Shown here: piece by piece, positions 18,632 to 30,100 of the stretch
Layout: each line of letters opens with the position of its first letter
Position numbering within the stretch: position 1 is the stretch's first letter
DNA from: Bacteroidia bacterium
Lineage (GTDB): Bacteria > Bacteroidota > Bacteroidia > B-17B0 > Aurantibacillaceae
Assembly (NCBI GenBank): GCA_046594225.1
Contig: JBKJPW010000116.1
Coordinates: forward strand, 4,035 to 68,034
Reading direction: 5' to 3'
Length of the DNA stretch: 64,000 nt
Program-made: the position numbers and the translations under genes
The notes under the pieces: model-generated
Database searches by the model: none
Told to the model about the DNA's origin: nothing
Seen by the model: only the letters and a program-made list of their open reading frames with translations

Positions 18632-19312
18632 ATGTTCCTTATGAAATCAATTTCTGTTTTATTTTGTCTGTTTGTGATAACAAGATTTTGCTATTCTCAA
18701 GACACTATTCACTTTATTAATAAAACTCCTCAAGCTGTTAAGGTAATTGAAATAGGAATTGAGGAAATAAAATATCAACGTTTCGATAATTTATCGGGGC
18801 CATTATATGTTGCAAACAAAAATGAAATTAGATACATTAAATTTTCTAACGGACATGTTGATTCAGTTACTGTTGCTAGTAAAATAAAACCAGCAGTCCA
18901 AGAGCCATTAACCGTATACCGAGCTCCGCTTTCTTCATACGACAGCGAAAAAATATTGATTTACGGAAATAGATTATCACATCATGGAAATGCGGTTGGA
19001 GAAGCACGCTTATATCGTCTTATTTCAAATGTTCCAAATCCTGAAAAAAAAGCAGCACTGTATAAAGAACATTTAGTAATGAAGTCCTACAAGAAAAAAC
19101 AATATTTATTTGGTTTTGTAGGTTTAGGAGCTGGCTTGGTATTGCCTTATATTGGCTTTATGTCTGCATTTGTTTTTGAAGACGCAACTCCTCTTGTAAT
19201 AGGGCTTGCAGCTGGCGCAACATTTGGTATTACTGGAGCAGTGCTTTCTGGAATTAATAAACACAAACGAATGAAAAAACGTATTGACATTGTAAATCTT
19301 TATAACAATTAA
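18632..19312 (+). CDS. Hypothetical secreted/membrane protein, paralog 1 of 3
   Basis: Signal peptide ending CYSQDTI. Conserved N-terminal block V.EI..EEIKY......GPLY...KNEI.YIKFSNG. Two C-terminal Gly-rich hydrophobic helices, ending NLYNN. An alternative ATG lies at 18641. Confidence 0.6.
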   Translation: MFLMKSISVLFCLFVITRFCYSQDTIHFINKTPQAVKVIEIGIEEIKYQRFDNLSGPLYVANKNEIRYIKFSNGHVDSVTVASKIKPAVQEPLTVYRAPLSSYDSEKILIYGNRLSHHGNAVGEARLYRLISNVPNPEKKAALYKEHLVMKSYKKKQYLFGFVGLGAGLVLPYIGFMSAFVFEDATPLVIGLAAGATFGITGAVLSGINKHKRMKKRIDIVNLYNN

Positions 19313-19315
19313 ATC

Positions 19316-19996
19316 ATGAAATTATCTAACATAAAATCAAGTTTACTTTTAGGGACACTACTTATTATTTCTTCTCAGTGTTTTTCGCAAGACACTATTT
19401 TTTATAAGAAAGCAGGTAATATTGTAGTATTAGTGAAAGAAGTTTCGCAAACAGAAGTGCAATATAAAAAACTCGAAATGCCAGATGGGCCGATGTATAT
19501 TATTGACAAAAATGATATTTCGAAAATTGTATATAAAAACGGATACACCGAAATCATAAAGCCAGCTGTTGTTGAAACAACCATCAATCAACCTCTTACT
19601 GTTACATATTCATCGCCAGTTGATATTAATTATGAAAAAATCACTTATTCAGATACAAAGAGAAGTCAAAACTCGTTAATTAGGCTTGTAGATAGGCATC
19701 CTGATCCATCTAGACATGATCAGTTAATGAGAGATGCTAGAGCAATGAGAAGTTTAAAAAGACATCAAGATGGAACACGCACTGGTGCTATTATTTTTGG
19801 GGGGATCGCTATTGGCGGCGCCGCATTATACACTTTGATTAGTGCTGCTAGTTTCGGTAGCTATGTTGACCCTATATATGCAGCTCCACCTGTTTTATTT
19901 GGAACTTTAGCTGTTATTTTAGGTGGCACTTCTATAGCGATTAATATAAATTTAAAGAAAAAGCGTAACGCCTTTGTTAACCTATATAATCAATAA
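19316..19996 (+). CDS. Hypothetical secreted/membrane protein, paralog 2 of 3
   Basis: Same layout as paralog 1: ...CFSQDTI, V.EVSQTEVQYKK....GPMYIIDKNDISKIVYKNG, C-terminal hydrophobic helices, ending NLYNQ. The gap to paralog 1 is 3 nt. Confidence 0.6.
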   Translation: MKLSNIKSSLLLGTLLIISSQCFSQDTIFYKKAGNIVVLVKEVSQTEVQYKKLEMPDGPMYIIDKNDISKIVYKNGYTEIIKPAVVETTINQPLTVTYSSPVDINYEKITYSDTKRSQNSLIRLVDRHPDPSRHDQLMRDARAMRSLKRHQDGTRTGAIIFGGIAIGGAALYTLISAASFGSYVDPIYAAPPVLFGTLAVILGGTSIAININLKKKRNAFVNLYNQ

Positions 19997-20636
19997 TTAT
20001 TTCAGATTATTATTTCTGTGCTTTATTAGCGCAAGTACTTTTGCGCAGGACACTATTTATACTAATACTTCTCAAACACTTTTAGTTAGGGTTTTAGAAA
20101 TCTCAAAAACAGAAGTTAGTTATAAGAATTTTTATAACCCTGATGGTGTTGTTAGAATAATTGCTAATGAACAGATTGTTAGAATTATTTATGAAAATGG
20201 GAAAGAAGAATCTAAATTTCAGTTGAAACAAAAAACCTCTGGTGCCACATCTCCCCTTAATTTATTTGTTGTGGAAGGCAAACATATCGCTATTAATAAT
20301 GCAGACATAAGCCATAAAGCTGCATTTAAAATGATGATGAAGCGCGACACGCAATCAAATTCAGATGAGTTGAATGGCGCTTTAGTAGAGGCAGATAGTA
20401 AACGTAATGGACAAATTGCTTTTAATATTATTGCTCCTGTAACTGCAATTGGAGGTGTTTACTTTGCTCGACAACATCGGTATAATACGCCAGATGAAAA
20501 ACTGAAAGCAAAAGTATATTTTATAAGTGGTTTAAGTGCTTGCGTGATTTCTATTGTAACGGCACAAATTTATAAGTCGCTAAAAAATAAACATATCAGG
20601 AAAGCAGCTCTGTTATATAATAACGATATTAAATGA
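19974..20636 (+). CDS. Hypothetical secreted/membrane protein, paralog 3 of 3 (start uncertain, no in-frame ATG near the 5' end)
   Basis: ...TFAQDTI, V.EISKTEVSYKN....G..RII.NEQIVRIIYENG, C-terminal hydrophobic helices, LLYNN. The only canonical start upstream of the signal peptide is the TTG at 19974, which overlaps paralog 2 by 23 nt. Confidence 0.5.
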   Translation: MLTYIINNYFRLLFLCFISASTFAQDTIYTNTSQTLLVRVLEISKTEVSYKNFYNPDGVVRIIANEQIVRIIYENGKEESKFQLKQKTSGATSPLNLFVVEGKHIAINNADISHKAAFKMMMKRDTQSNSDELNGALVEADSKRNGQIAFNIIAPVTAIGGVYFARQHRYNTPDEKLKAKVYFISGLSACVISIVTAQIYKSLKNKHIRKAALLYNNDIK

Positions 20637-20723
20637 TGGAGCTTTAGATGTTTTTAAAAGAATTATTCTTGGCGGCATATAATATAGGTCTCATTCCAAG
20701 TAGTTTCCTTTACATATCATAAA

Positions 20724-21776
20724 CTACCCTCTCTCCCTTTTGATAGGCGAAAAAGCTAAAGGATTAACTGAAATTTCTTCCAACAATTCTCTTTTGCGGT
20801 ATATATCAATAGCTGTATATATAGCGTCTCTAAAAGAAGATTCGTCCGCGATTTGTTTTCCGGCAATTTCGTATGCTGTTCCATGATCGGGTGAAGTGCG
20901 CACAAAATCTAATCCAGCAGTAAAATTAACACCATGTCCAAATGCTAATGTTTTGAAAGGAATTAATCCTTGATCGTGATACATTGCCAATACACCATCA
21001 AATTTTGCCTGAGTATTGTTTCCAAAAAAACCATCTGCGGAATACGGCCCATAAACCATCATTGTTTCTTTTGCTTTTTCAACAGCTGGAATAATAGATG
21101 TTTTTTCTTCGTGACCAATAGTGCCATTTTCGCCTGCATGGGGATTTAATCCTAATACGGCTATTTTAGGTTTACGAATACCAAAATCTTTTACTAAAGA
21201 TGAATGAAGCTGAGTAATTTTTGATAATACGTTTTCAATCGTAATGTGTTCTGCAATATTTTTAACGGGAACATGCCCAGTAACAACAGCAATACGTAAA
21301 TCACCAGAACACAACAGCATTAAAGGTTTACCTCCTAGTTTATCACCCAAATACTCTGTATGGCCAGGGTAATTAAATCCTGCTTCCTGCATACTATGCT
21401 TATTAATAGGAGCCGTTACTAATACATCTATTTTTTTGTCAAATAAAGCCATCGTCGCTGCTTCTAAAGATAACTTGGCATACTTTCCGCTTAGCGTAGT
21501 AGCTTTACCCATTTCAATGGTTACTTCTTCTTCATAACAAATAAATACATTTGGCTTTTTGGTATGCACATTATTAAAATCTCTTAATGGATTAAAATTA
21601 AACTCATCCATATTTAACATCTTTCTAAAATAAGAAACTGTTTTTTGAGAACTAAACAAAATAGGAACACATATTTCTGATAAACCTGGTTCAGATAATG
21701 TTTTTAAAATGATTTCTAATCCTATGCCGTTTAAATCTCCTTGAGATATTCCTACTACTACTTTATTTTCTATCAT
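20724..21776 (-). CDS. pdxA: 4-hydroxythreonine-4-phosphate dehydrogenase
   Basis: GD.NGIGLEIILK, TAPINK, PGHTEYL, GLNPHAGENG, AMYHDQGLIPFK, N.TAGL..VRTSPDHGTA..IAG. Confidence 0.9.
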   Translation of the reverse strand: MIENKVVVGISQGDLNGIGLEIILKTLSEPGLSEICVPILFSSQKTVSYFRKMLNMDEFNFNPLRDFNNVHTKKPNVFICYEEEVTIEMGKATTLSGKYAKLSLEAATMALFDKKIDVLVTAPINKHSMQEAGFNYPGHTEYLGDKLGGKPLMLLCSGDLRIAVVTGHVPVKNIAEHITIENVLSKITQLHSSLVKDFGIRKPKIAVLGLNPHAGENGTIGHEEKTSIIPAVEKAKETMMVYGPYSADGFFGNNTQAKFDGVLAMYHDQGLIPFKTLAFGHGVNFTAGLDFVRTSPDHGTAYEIAGKQIADESSFRDAIYTAIDIYRKRELLEEISVNPLAFSPIKRERG

Positions 21777-21779
21777 AAT

Positions 21780-22910
21780 TTATTTTTTAATCCAACCTAC
21801 TAATGATGCTACTTCTTCGCCATCAATACTTTCCCATTTAGAATTTATTACATTAAAAACAGACATTCCTTGCTGATATGATTCATCTCCCATAACTATT
21901 TCTTTTACAAGTGCTGCATAATTTGTTGATGCTTTAAAGTTTTTTAAATCAAAATGATATCTTCCTATTTCTTTTCCTTTATAGTAAACAGCTCTTCCTT
22001 TAGGTTTAGGCTCAACCTCAACAGAAAAATTTTTATCAATTTCTTTAAAATTAGACTGCAACATTGTTTCCTTTGCAGCATTTATGCAGTATAATTTATT
22101 CTTAAAATAAAATTCAATATAACAATCAACACTATTAACTAATTCGTAGGTTGCTGGCACATTAGCCGTAGAATTAAATGTTCCAATTATTTTTGATGTC
22201 TTAGTAGAAATGTTATATTTCACAATACTACCTTCTAAATCTGTAATTTTTATATTAGGAAAAATAAAGGTGTTATTATCTACCCAATAAATTGGAATGT
22301 CAGCCTTTTTGTCTTTAGAACTTACGCCTCCGTGTCCTGCGTCATCCATTAAAACAATTTTTTGTTTATTTTGCGGATAGTACAATAGTTTATAGGGCGA
22401 CTTACTTCTATCAAACTCTATATCCTGTCCAATGATGGCTTTAAATGTCAATGATTTAATTTCAGAATAGGTATTTGTCTTCAAATCAAAGTAAGCATAG
22501 TATTTTCCTTTAAAAATATCATTAATAAAAAATATAACGCTATCATTTGAACATCGTACTAATTTTCCAGTGCCATCATATAGTACTTTTTTTTCTATAA
22601 GATCTATTACATTACCTATACCTGATACCAAATAACGATCTTTATATAATGTATTAATCCCTTTATCACACCTCACATAATCTTTATTGTCTTTTCTTCC
22701 AATTACCGATAATATTTGCTCTCTTCCTGCATACACATTATTCACAAAGTTGTAACGGTAAATTAATTGGCCAAGATTTATTTTATTACCTTCATCATAA
22801 TGCACTACAATTAAAGATTCTCCCGTATTAGTTTGAGCATAACTCAATACCGAACAAAATAATATAATATATAATAAAAACTTCAATCTATAAGTTTGAG
22901 AAAAAGTCAA
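21780..22910 (-). CDS. Hypothetical secreted protein
   Basis: Signal peptide LLYIILFCSVLSYAQT. I recognise no motifs. Coding is supported by its length and by tight packing between pdxA and the aminopeptidase. Confidence 0.5.
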   Translation of the reverse strand: MTFSQTYRLKFLLYIILFCSVLSYAQTNTGESLIVVHYDEGNKINLGQLIYRYNFVNNVYAGREQILSVIGRKDNKDYVRCDKGINTLYKDRYLVSGIGNVIDLIEKKVLYDGTGKLVRCSNDSVIFFINDIFKGKYYAYFDLKTNTYSEIKSLTFKAIIGQDIEFDRSKSPYKLLYYPQNKQKIVLMDDAGHGGVSSKDKKADIPIYWVDNNTFIFPNIKITDLEGSIVKYNISTKTSKIIGTFNSTANVPATYELVNSVDCYIEFYFKNKLYCINAAKETMLQSNFKEIDKNFSVEVEPKPKGRAVYYKGKEIGRYHFDLKNFKASTNYAALVKEIVMGDESYQQGMSVFNVINSKWESIDGEEVASLVGWIKK

Positions 22911-24366
22911 ATAATAATCTTACTCCATAGCCTGTTCCTCCTTTACCTCTGTAACTATCTTTAGCTGTTACAAAAGCGGGGCCCGCTATATCAAAATGCA
23001 TATAAGGGTAATCTGTGTATTTTACTAAAAATTTTCCTGCGGTAATAGCTCCACCGTAAGGGCCTCCTAAGTTTTTTTGATCGGCAATATCTGATTTCAA
23101 TAATTCATCGTACTCATCCCAAAATGGAAATTCAGCCAAGCGTTCATGCATACGCAATCCACTAACCGTTAACTTTGTTTTTTGTTCATCGGTTGCAGTA
23201 CCCATGCTCACAATTCCATACTGACCAATAGCTGCGGCAGCTGCGCCAGTTAGAGTAGATAATTCAATAGCCATTTCTGGTTTATAGCGCTTAGCAAAAT
23301 GTAAGGCATCCGCTAATATCATTCGTCCTTCTGCATCTGAGTTTAGCATCTCTACGGTGCTACCATCCATCATCGTAATAATATCGCCGGGCGCAAAAGC
23401 ATTAAAACCTGGTCGGTTATCAGTTGCAGGAACTAAAGCAATCACATGAACATTTAATTTTGCTTTGGCAATGGCATACATAGTACAGCCAACAGCTGCT
23501 GCCCCAGCCATATCGCATTTCATTAAGTCCATGCTATTTGGCGTAGGCTTTAAACTCAATCCGCCTGTATCATAAACAACACCCTTGCCCACTAATACGT
23601 AAGGTTTTTTATTTTTTGGATTCTTAGGTTTGTATTCCATTACCGAAAATGTTGGCGGGTCAACACTTCCCTGATTCACCGACAACAAACCACCCATTTT
23701 TAATTGTTTGATTTTAGCTTTATTAAATACCTCCACTTTAAAGCCAGCATTTTTACCCATGGCTTTAAATGCATTCGCTAAATCAGTTGCATTTAAAACA
23801 TTTACAGGCTCGTTAACTAAATCACGTGCTTTTAAAGTAGCATCAATAGCAATAGATAAATTAGAAATATGTTGTGACGAGGTTTTTGAATCTACAACAT
23901 AAACATCTTTTAAAGTATTCGCTTGTTTTTTAGCGCTTAGTTTATGTTTGATAAATTGGTAATTAGCTAAAGTAATTCCTTCCGCTAATGCTAAAGAATA
24001 ATCTGCATTTGATAATTCATTAACGCAATATACTGCAGAGCGTTTTTCGGAATTAATTGTATCGGCGATTGTAGTGCCATGTTTACGAATGGACTCCAAC
24101 ATAGAGTAATGGTTTTTTTTCTCATCCACAACAATTACAAAAACCAACCGAGATAACGTGTTGATGCAAATAAATTTTTTATCATTTACTTTAATATCAT
24201 TAGATATATAGTCAACTTGTTCTTTCGTTAAATTATATTCTGATTTATTTTTAAAGGCATTGCAAATGATAGCTAAACTTTGTTTACTATCTGCATTATT
24301 TTTTTTAGAAATGGTTGTCATATATGCGAATTTACTAAAAATCAATGATTTGGTAAAATCTACCAT
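22888..24366 (-). CDS. pepA: Leucyl aminopeptidase, peptidase family M17
   Basis: VGKGVVYDTGGLSLKP, MK.DM.GAAAV, NSDAEGRMILADAL, DIATLTG-like STLTGAA. An alternative ATG at 24321 gives MTTISKK.... Confidence 0.85.
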   Translation of the reverse strand: MVDFTKSLIFSKFAYMTTISKKNNADSKQSLAIICNAFKNKSEYNLTKEQVDYISNDIKVNDKKFICINTLSRLVFVIVVDEKKNHYSMLESIRKHGTTIADTINSEKRSAVYCVNELSNADYSLALAEGITLANYQFIKHKLSAKKQANTLKDVYVVDSKTSSQHISNLSIAIDATLKARDLVNEPVNVLNATDLANAFKAMGKNAGFKVEVFNKAKIKQLKMGGLLSVNQGSVDPPTFSVMEYKPKNPKNKKPYVLVGKGVVYDTGGLSLKPTPNSMDLMKCDMAGAAAVGCTMYAIAKAKLNVHVIALVPATDNRPGFNAFAPGDIITMMDGSTVEMLNSDAEGRMILADALHFAKRYKPEMAIELSTLTGAAAAAIGQYGIVSMGTATDEQKTKLTVSGLRMHERLAEFPFWDEYDELLKSDIADQKNLGGPYGGAITAGKFLVKYTDYPYMHFDIAGPAFVTAKDSYRGKGGTGYGVRLLFDFFSNL

Positions 24367-24394
24367 AGGTTTTATTAACTATCGTTTTCTTAAA

Positions 24395-24433
24395 ACAAAA
24401 AAGCCGTCCGCTAGCTAGCGGACGGCTTTTTGC
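24395..24433. terminator. Bidirectional rho-independent terminator (perfect 13-bp palindrome)
   Basis: AGCCGTCCGCTAG/CTAGCGGACGGCT (24402-24427) is flanked by an A-run on the left and a T-run on the right. It lies 17 nt past the stop of the minus-strand binding-protein gene. Confidence 0.75.
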
Positions 24434-24447
24434 AATTTAATCACTAA

Positions 24448-26214
24448 TTATTTTTTAGGCATCTTATCTTTTGGTATTAAATACACTACTGATAAATCCA
24501 TGTAGTTCATCGCATTTTCAGGGAAATTACGAACGTATAATTGCTCTAAACGGAAATTTTCATCGTAAAATATTGGCATAAATGGTGCCTCATCTAACAA
24601 TACTTGCTCAGCTTTAGATAAAATAGCGTAACGCTTTGCTTTATCTGGCTCAGTAAATGACGCTGCAAACAAAGAGTCAAAACGAGCGTTTTTAAACCTT
24701 GTGTAATTAATAAATGATTTTTCTGTAGCGCCAGAAGGAACGTGTTTACCGTAAAAAATTGTTAAAAATGTTTCTGGATCTGGATAATCTGCGATCCAAG
24801 CAAATCGGAAAAAATCTGTCTTACCAGAAGTCACTTGTTCAATATGTTCAGCAAAAGGAACTGTATTAATTTCAATATCAATATTTAAATTTTCCTTCAA
24901 CATTTTTTGCACCACTTCAGCTACTAAAATATTATTACCTCCACCACTATTAATTTGTAAGATAACCTTTGGGAAGCCCTTTCCGTCAGGGAAACCCGCT
25001 TTACTTAAATAATCTTTTGCTTTTGCCACATCAAACGTGTAACCCTTTAAGTCTTTAAACTTATAGCCATCATCTTCAAACGCTTTCACATAAGGTACAA
25101 TGCCATAATCTCCAGGATTTCCCTCACCTTGTAAAGTGAAATCAGAGATTTTATGCCTGTCAATAGCAAAATTAAAGGCTAAACGCACTTCTTTTTTGTC
25201 AAACACTGGACTTGCTGTATTAAATCCAAGATAGTTTGTGTTAAAGGCCGTAGAGCTTAATATTTGAAATTCAGTTTTACGATCTTTAGCGTGCTCTAAA
25301 TCACCCATAATTTCTGGAAAAATTTCAACCGGCAAGCGGTATACCATGTCTAAATTACCGGATTTAAATTCTAAAATTTCCGCTTTTTTTTCACGAATAA
25401 ATGTGTATTTCAAGCCATCTAAGTATGGTAATCTGTTACCGTCTTTATCAACTCCATAATAATCTTGATTTTTCTTCATGATTAAAACTTCGCCTTCTTT
25501 AACTGTTTCTAGGTAAAAAGGGCCAGTACCAACTGGATGAACACGTAAGTCTAAGCCATATTTATCTAGAGCTTCTTTTGGATAAATCCAACATCCTGGC
25601 ATTGCTACAATATTTAAGAATCCCGCAAATGGTGATTTTAAAGTAATTACTAATGTTGTATCATTTACTGCTTTAATTCCTGAAACCGCTATATTTTTGC
25701 CTGCTTTTGATGACTCAAACGCCTCATTTGCGCCAACTACACGATCTTTAAGGGTTACATCAAATTGAGCGTTATTGGGATCAGCAGTACATAATTTTTC
25801 AAAACATAGCTTAACATCATTAGCGGTTACAATCCTACCCTTTCCATCAGGAAAACAAGCGTCCGCATGAAATTTAACACCTTGACGAATATGAAAAGTC
25901 CATTCTGTTTGGTTTGCATTAGACTCCCAAGATCTTGCAACTGCTGGTTTAATTGATAAATCATTTTGATCGAACTTAACTAAACCTTCAAATAGCTGAC
26001 AACCAATATGGAAGCCAACATTTTCATTGACAGCAATAGGGTTTAAACTTTTAAAAGCCTCCACTTCATTCATGCGCATCACTCCGCCCATAAATACACC
26101 GCCTTTGCCTTCTGAGCCGTCGTGATTATCTTTATTATCGTCTGAACATGAGCTACAAGAAGCTAAGCCTAAAGTGAATAAGCTTGCTGCTAGTGGAATA
26201 AATATTTTTTTCAT
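24448..26214 (-). CDS. ABC-transporter substrate-binding lipoprotein, family 5 (peptide/nickel, OppA/DppA-like); no cognate permease or ATPase in the window
   Basis: Lipobox MKKIFIPLAASLFTLGLASC. Family-5 style blocks (LVKFD..L.I.PA.A.SWE, W.F.IR.GVKFH, GTGPF). The ATG at 26214 is preferred over 26226. Confidence 0.75.
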   Translation of the reverse strand: MKKIFIPLAASLFTLGLASCSSCSDDNKDNHDGSEGKGGVFMGGVMRMNEVEAFKSLNPIAVNENVGFHIGCQLFEGLVKFDQNDLSIKPAVARSWESNANQTEWTFHIRQGVKFHADACFPDGKGRIVTANDVKLCFEKLCTADPNNAQFDVTLKDRVVGANEAFESSKAGKNIAVSGIKAVNDTTLVITLKSPFAGFLNIVAMPGCWIYPKEALDKYGLDLRVHPVGTGPFYLETVKEGEVLIMKKNQDYYGVDKDGNRLPYLDGLKYTFIREKKAEILEFKSGNLDMVYRLPVEIFPEIMGDLEHAKDRKTEFQILSSTAFNTNYLGFNTASPVFDKKEVRLAFNFAIDRHKISDFTLQGEGNPGDYGIVPYVKAFEDDGYKFKDLKGYTFDVAKAKDYLSKAGFPDGKGFPKVILQINSGGGNNILVAEVVQKMLKENLNIDIEINTVPFAEHIEQVTSGKTDFFRFAWIADYPDPETFLTIFYGKHVPSGATEKSFINYTRFKNARFDSLFAASFTEPDKAKRYAILSKAEQVLLDEAPFMPIFYDENFRLEQLYVRNFPENAMNYMDLSVVYLIPKDKMPKK

Positions 26215-26290
26215 ACCTAGGTACATAAGTTTATAGTAAGGACAAATATAATGTAAAAAACTAAAAAAACTAAAAAATTAGATTAATTTC

Positions 26291-27055
26291 TTAAAAATCG
26301 ATTTCCAGTAGCACAGGGCAATGATCGCTATGGATTGCATCAGGCAAAATCACTGCTCTTTTGAGATGAATTTCTAGGTGATTAGCCACTAAATTATAGT
26401 CGATTCTCCAACCCAAATTCTTACCCCTCGACCCAGCTCTATAGCTCCACCAACTGTATTGATGTGGCTCCTGATTAAAATGCCTAAAAGAGTCAGTAAA
26501 TCCAGATTGAATAAACTGTTCCATCCACTCTCTTTCTTCAGGCAAAAAACCTGAGGTATTAGCATTTGATTTAGGATTATGAATATCAATTGGCTTATGG
26601 CAAATGTTATAATCGCCGCACAAAATTAAATTCGGGAATTTCGTCTTTAAATGATCTATATATTTCTGAAAATCAGTCAACCACTGCATTTTAAAGGCTT
26701 GCCTATCATCACCACTGCTTCCGCTTGGGTGGTAAACACTCATCACTGAGCATGTATCAAAATCCAATCGGATGATTCTTCCTTCAAAATCATATTTTTC
26801 AATGCCACAGCCATATTCAACATGTTTAGGCTTTAGTTTAGAGAAAATAGCAACTCCACTATACCCTTTTTTTTGAGCAGAATACCAATATAAATGATAG
26901 CCAAGTGCTTCAAAGGCTCGTACATCCACTTGATCTGAATTTGCTTTTGTTTCCTGCAAACACAATACATCTGGATTTGCAGCTTTTAACCAGCCAACCA
27001 AATCTTTACCCATAGCGGCACGAATACCGTTTACGTTATAAGTGATAATCTTCAT
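26291..27055 (-). CDS. xth: Exodeoxyribonuclease III
   Basis: MKIITYNVNGIRA, LCLQETK, GYSGVAI, GDYN..H, WWSYR, RIDY, SDHCPV. Confidence 0.9.
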   Translation of the reverse strand: MKIITYNVNGIRAAMGKDLVGWLKAANPDVLCLQETKANSDQVDVRAFEALGYHLYWYSAQKKGYSGVAIFSKLKPKHVEYGCGIEKYDFEGRIIRLDFDTCSVMSVYHPSGSSGDDRQAFKMQWLTDFQKYIDHLKTKFPNLILCGDYNICHKPIDIHNPKSNANTSGFLPEEREWMEQFIQSGFTDSFRHFNQEPHQYSWWSYRAGSRGKNLGWRIDYNLVANHLEIHLKRAVILPDAIHSDHCPVLLEIDF

Positions 27056-27107
27056 TGTAAATTATAATTATGCCTTAAAAATACAATTTCTATCTTTATA
27101 AATCGTT

Positions 27108-30100
27108 ATGCAAATTGTGGTTTTTAGGTTTATTTTCATAGTTGTTTTTTTGTGTGGGTTTTTTATTCATGCCCAATCTCAAACGAACCTAAAACAGAAA
27201 TACTATTTTGTAAAATCCGACACGCTTTTTTTAGATACTTTAAGTTTAGTTCCTGGCACACTAAAACTTTATTCGAAAGGTAATCCATTAGATACTTCCT
27301 CTTATCGCATTAACTATCCTTTAAAGGCTATTATATTCAAGGTAAAACCTATGGATCCCTTATCGATTAACTATAAAACGTTTCCTTATAATTTCGAAAA
27401 AAACTATTATCATCAAAGTATCTCTCAACTTACTAAAGATTTAACACTACCTGCTAATCCACTCACCTTAGCTTTTGCTGGTTCTACTGCCGCTAGCGAA
27501 TCTTTTGTGTCCGATGGATTAAATAAAAATGGCAGCATCAGCCGTGGAATTAGCTTTGGTAACAATCAAGATGTAGTGGTTAACTCGAGTTTGAACTTAC
27601 AAGTAAGTGGTAAATTAACACAGGAAGTAGATTTATTATTGGCTGCCACAGATGATAATATTCCTTTTCAGGCAGATGGAACAACTGCTCAATTGCAAGA
27701 ATTTGATAAAGTATTTGTGCAATTATCAAATAAAAATTCCAAGCTCATTGTAGGTGATTTTCAATTACAACGACCTAACAGTTACTTTATGAATTTTTAT
27801 AAACGCTCACAAGGTGCTTATTTTTCTAATAATTATTACGATACAATTAATAAGCAACAAGTCATTTTTAAAACGCAAGTGAGTGGTGCTGTTAGTAAAG
27901 GGAAGTTTGCGCGAAATGTTATTCAGGGAACAGAAAACAATCAAGGTCCATATCGTTTGCGTGGCGACAACAACGAGTTGTTTATTATCGTATTGTCTGG
28001 TACTGAGCGGATTTATGTGGATGGACGATTATTACAACGTGGGCAAGAGAACGATTATATCATTGATTATAATACATCAGAATTAACCTTTACCGCCAAA
28101 CAAATTATCACAAAAGACAAACGTATTATCGCAGAGTTTCAATACGCCGAAAGAAACTATGCACGCTCACTCTATTTTTTTAGTGAAGAAATAGAAGCAC
28201 AAAAATTAAAAGTGCGACTTAATTTTTTTGGTGAGCAGGACAATAAAAACAAAACCTTACAACAAACATTAACAGAACAACAAAAACTCACCATGTTTAA
28301 TATTGGCGACACACTAAGTAAGGCCGTTACTAGTGGCGCTACCTTGGCAACGTTTAATACAACAGATGTGTTTTATTGGAAAAAAGATACCGTTGTTTCT
28401 GCTCAACTTTATCCTAATGTTTTTGTTTATTCTACGAATCCTGATAGTGCAAAATATACTGTGAAATATAGTTATGTGGGCGAAAATAACGGTTACTATA
28501 TTCAAATATCAACAACCGCTAACGGTAAAGTATATAAATGGGTGGCGCCAGCTGGTGGTTTGTTGCAAGGCAATTACGAGCCAGTTATTCCTTTGATTAC
28601 TCCTAAGAAAAAACAAATGTTTACAGCTGGTGCCAATTATGAATTTAATAAAAATCATAATTTAGATGTAGAAGGCGTTTATACCAAAAACGACATTAAC
28701 ACCTTTAGTAAATTTAATTCTCAAAACGATGATGGTTATGGCCTCAAAGTAAATAGCAACAACCAAAGCGTTATAAAAAAGGATACGGTTACTAAACAAT
28801 CTTTAAATGCTGTTTACAATTTAGGTTACGAATACGTTCAACAAAATTTTAATCCCATTGAGCGTTACAGAGCAATCGAATTTGAAAGAGATTGGAACCG
28901 ACCAATCAGCGCGCCTATCAACACCGACCAACATGTAGGTTTTGCTCAAGTAGGAGTTCAAAAAAACAATAAATTGAAGTTATTATATGGCGTTAGCTTT
29001 TTTAAAGAGGGAGTTTTTTATGATGGTTTAAAACATAGCGTGCAAAGTTTTTATAATACAAAAACAAGTGGCATTACCTACAATGGCTCATACTTAACTA
29101 GTAATTACAATTCGCAACTTAGTAATTTTTACCGCCACAAAGCCTCTTTTTCGCAGTCATTTTGGAAATTGAGAGTAAATTTCCTAGATGAATTTGAACA
29201 AAATAGATTTAGGAAAAATACATCCGATAGTTTATTATCTCGCAGCTACCAGTTTTGGGAGTGGGAAGGAAACATTACCAATAAAGATACAAGTGGTAAT
29301 TTGTATAAAATATTTTACAGAGAACGTAGAGATAAACAAGCTTACAATTCTGTTTTAAAAGATTCTACTTACGCACAAAATACTGGGTTTTCGGCAAATA
29401 TCAATAGTATTCGTAATCACCCTTTTTCAGTAGTGTTTACTTATCGTGAATTAAAATTAAAAAGAGATTCGATGACCATTAAACCTGACAATACTTTATT
29501 GAGTAGAATAGAATACTCTCCACGATTAGTTAACGGTTTTATTACTTCCAGTATGTTTTATGAAACGGGCTATGGCTTAGAGAATAAAAAAGAATACTAT
29601 TATTTATTAGTAGCCGCTGGGCAAGGAACTTATGTTTGGAAAGATTATAACAATAACGGCATAGCCGAATTAAATGAATTTGAAATTGCACAGTTTGCTG
29701 ACCAAGCCCTGTACATTAAAGTATACACGCCTACAAATCAATATGTAAAAGTATTGCACGATCAATTTAGTTTTTCATTAAACCTTCGACCTTCTGTTTT
29801 TTTAAAAGATAGTTCAGGAAAAGCTCTAAAATTTGTTAGTCGTTTTGCCACACAGTCAGTTTATCGGGTAGATAAAAAATCCTATGATAACGGGAAATTA
29901 TTTACGTTTAACCCTACAAACGTTAGTTTGAAAGATTCATTTTTAACTGCATTAAACTATTCATTACGACAAAGTTTGTTTTTTAATCAAAGTGCTGCTG
30001 TGTTTGGCACAGACTATACGTATCAAAGTAATCTGAGTAAACAATTATTAACCAACGGCTTCGAAACTCGCGAAAACACAACGCATGAATGGCGTTGGCG

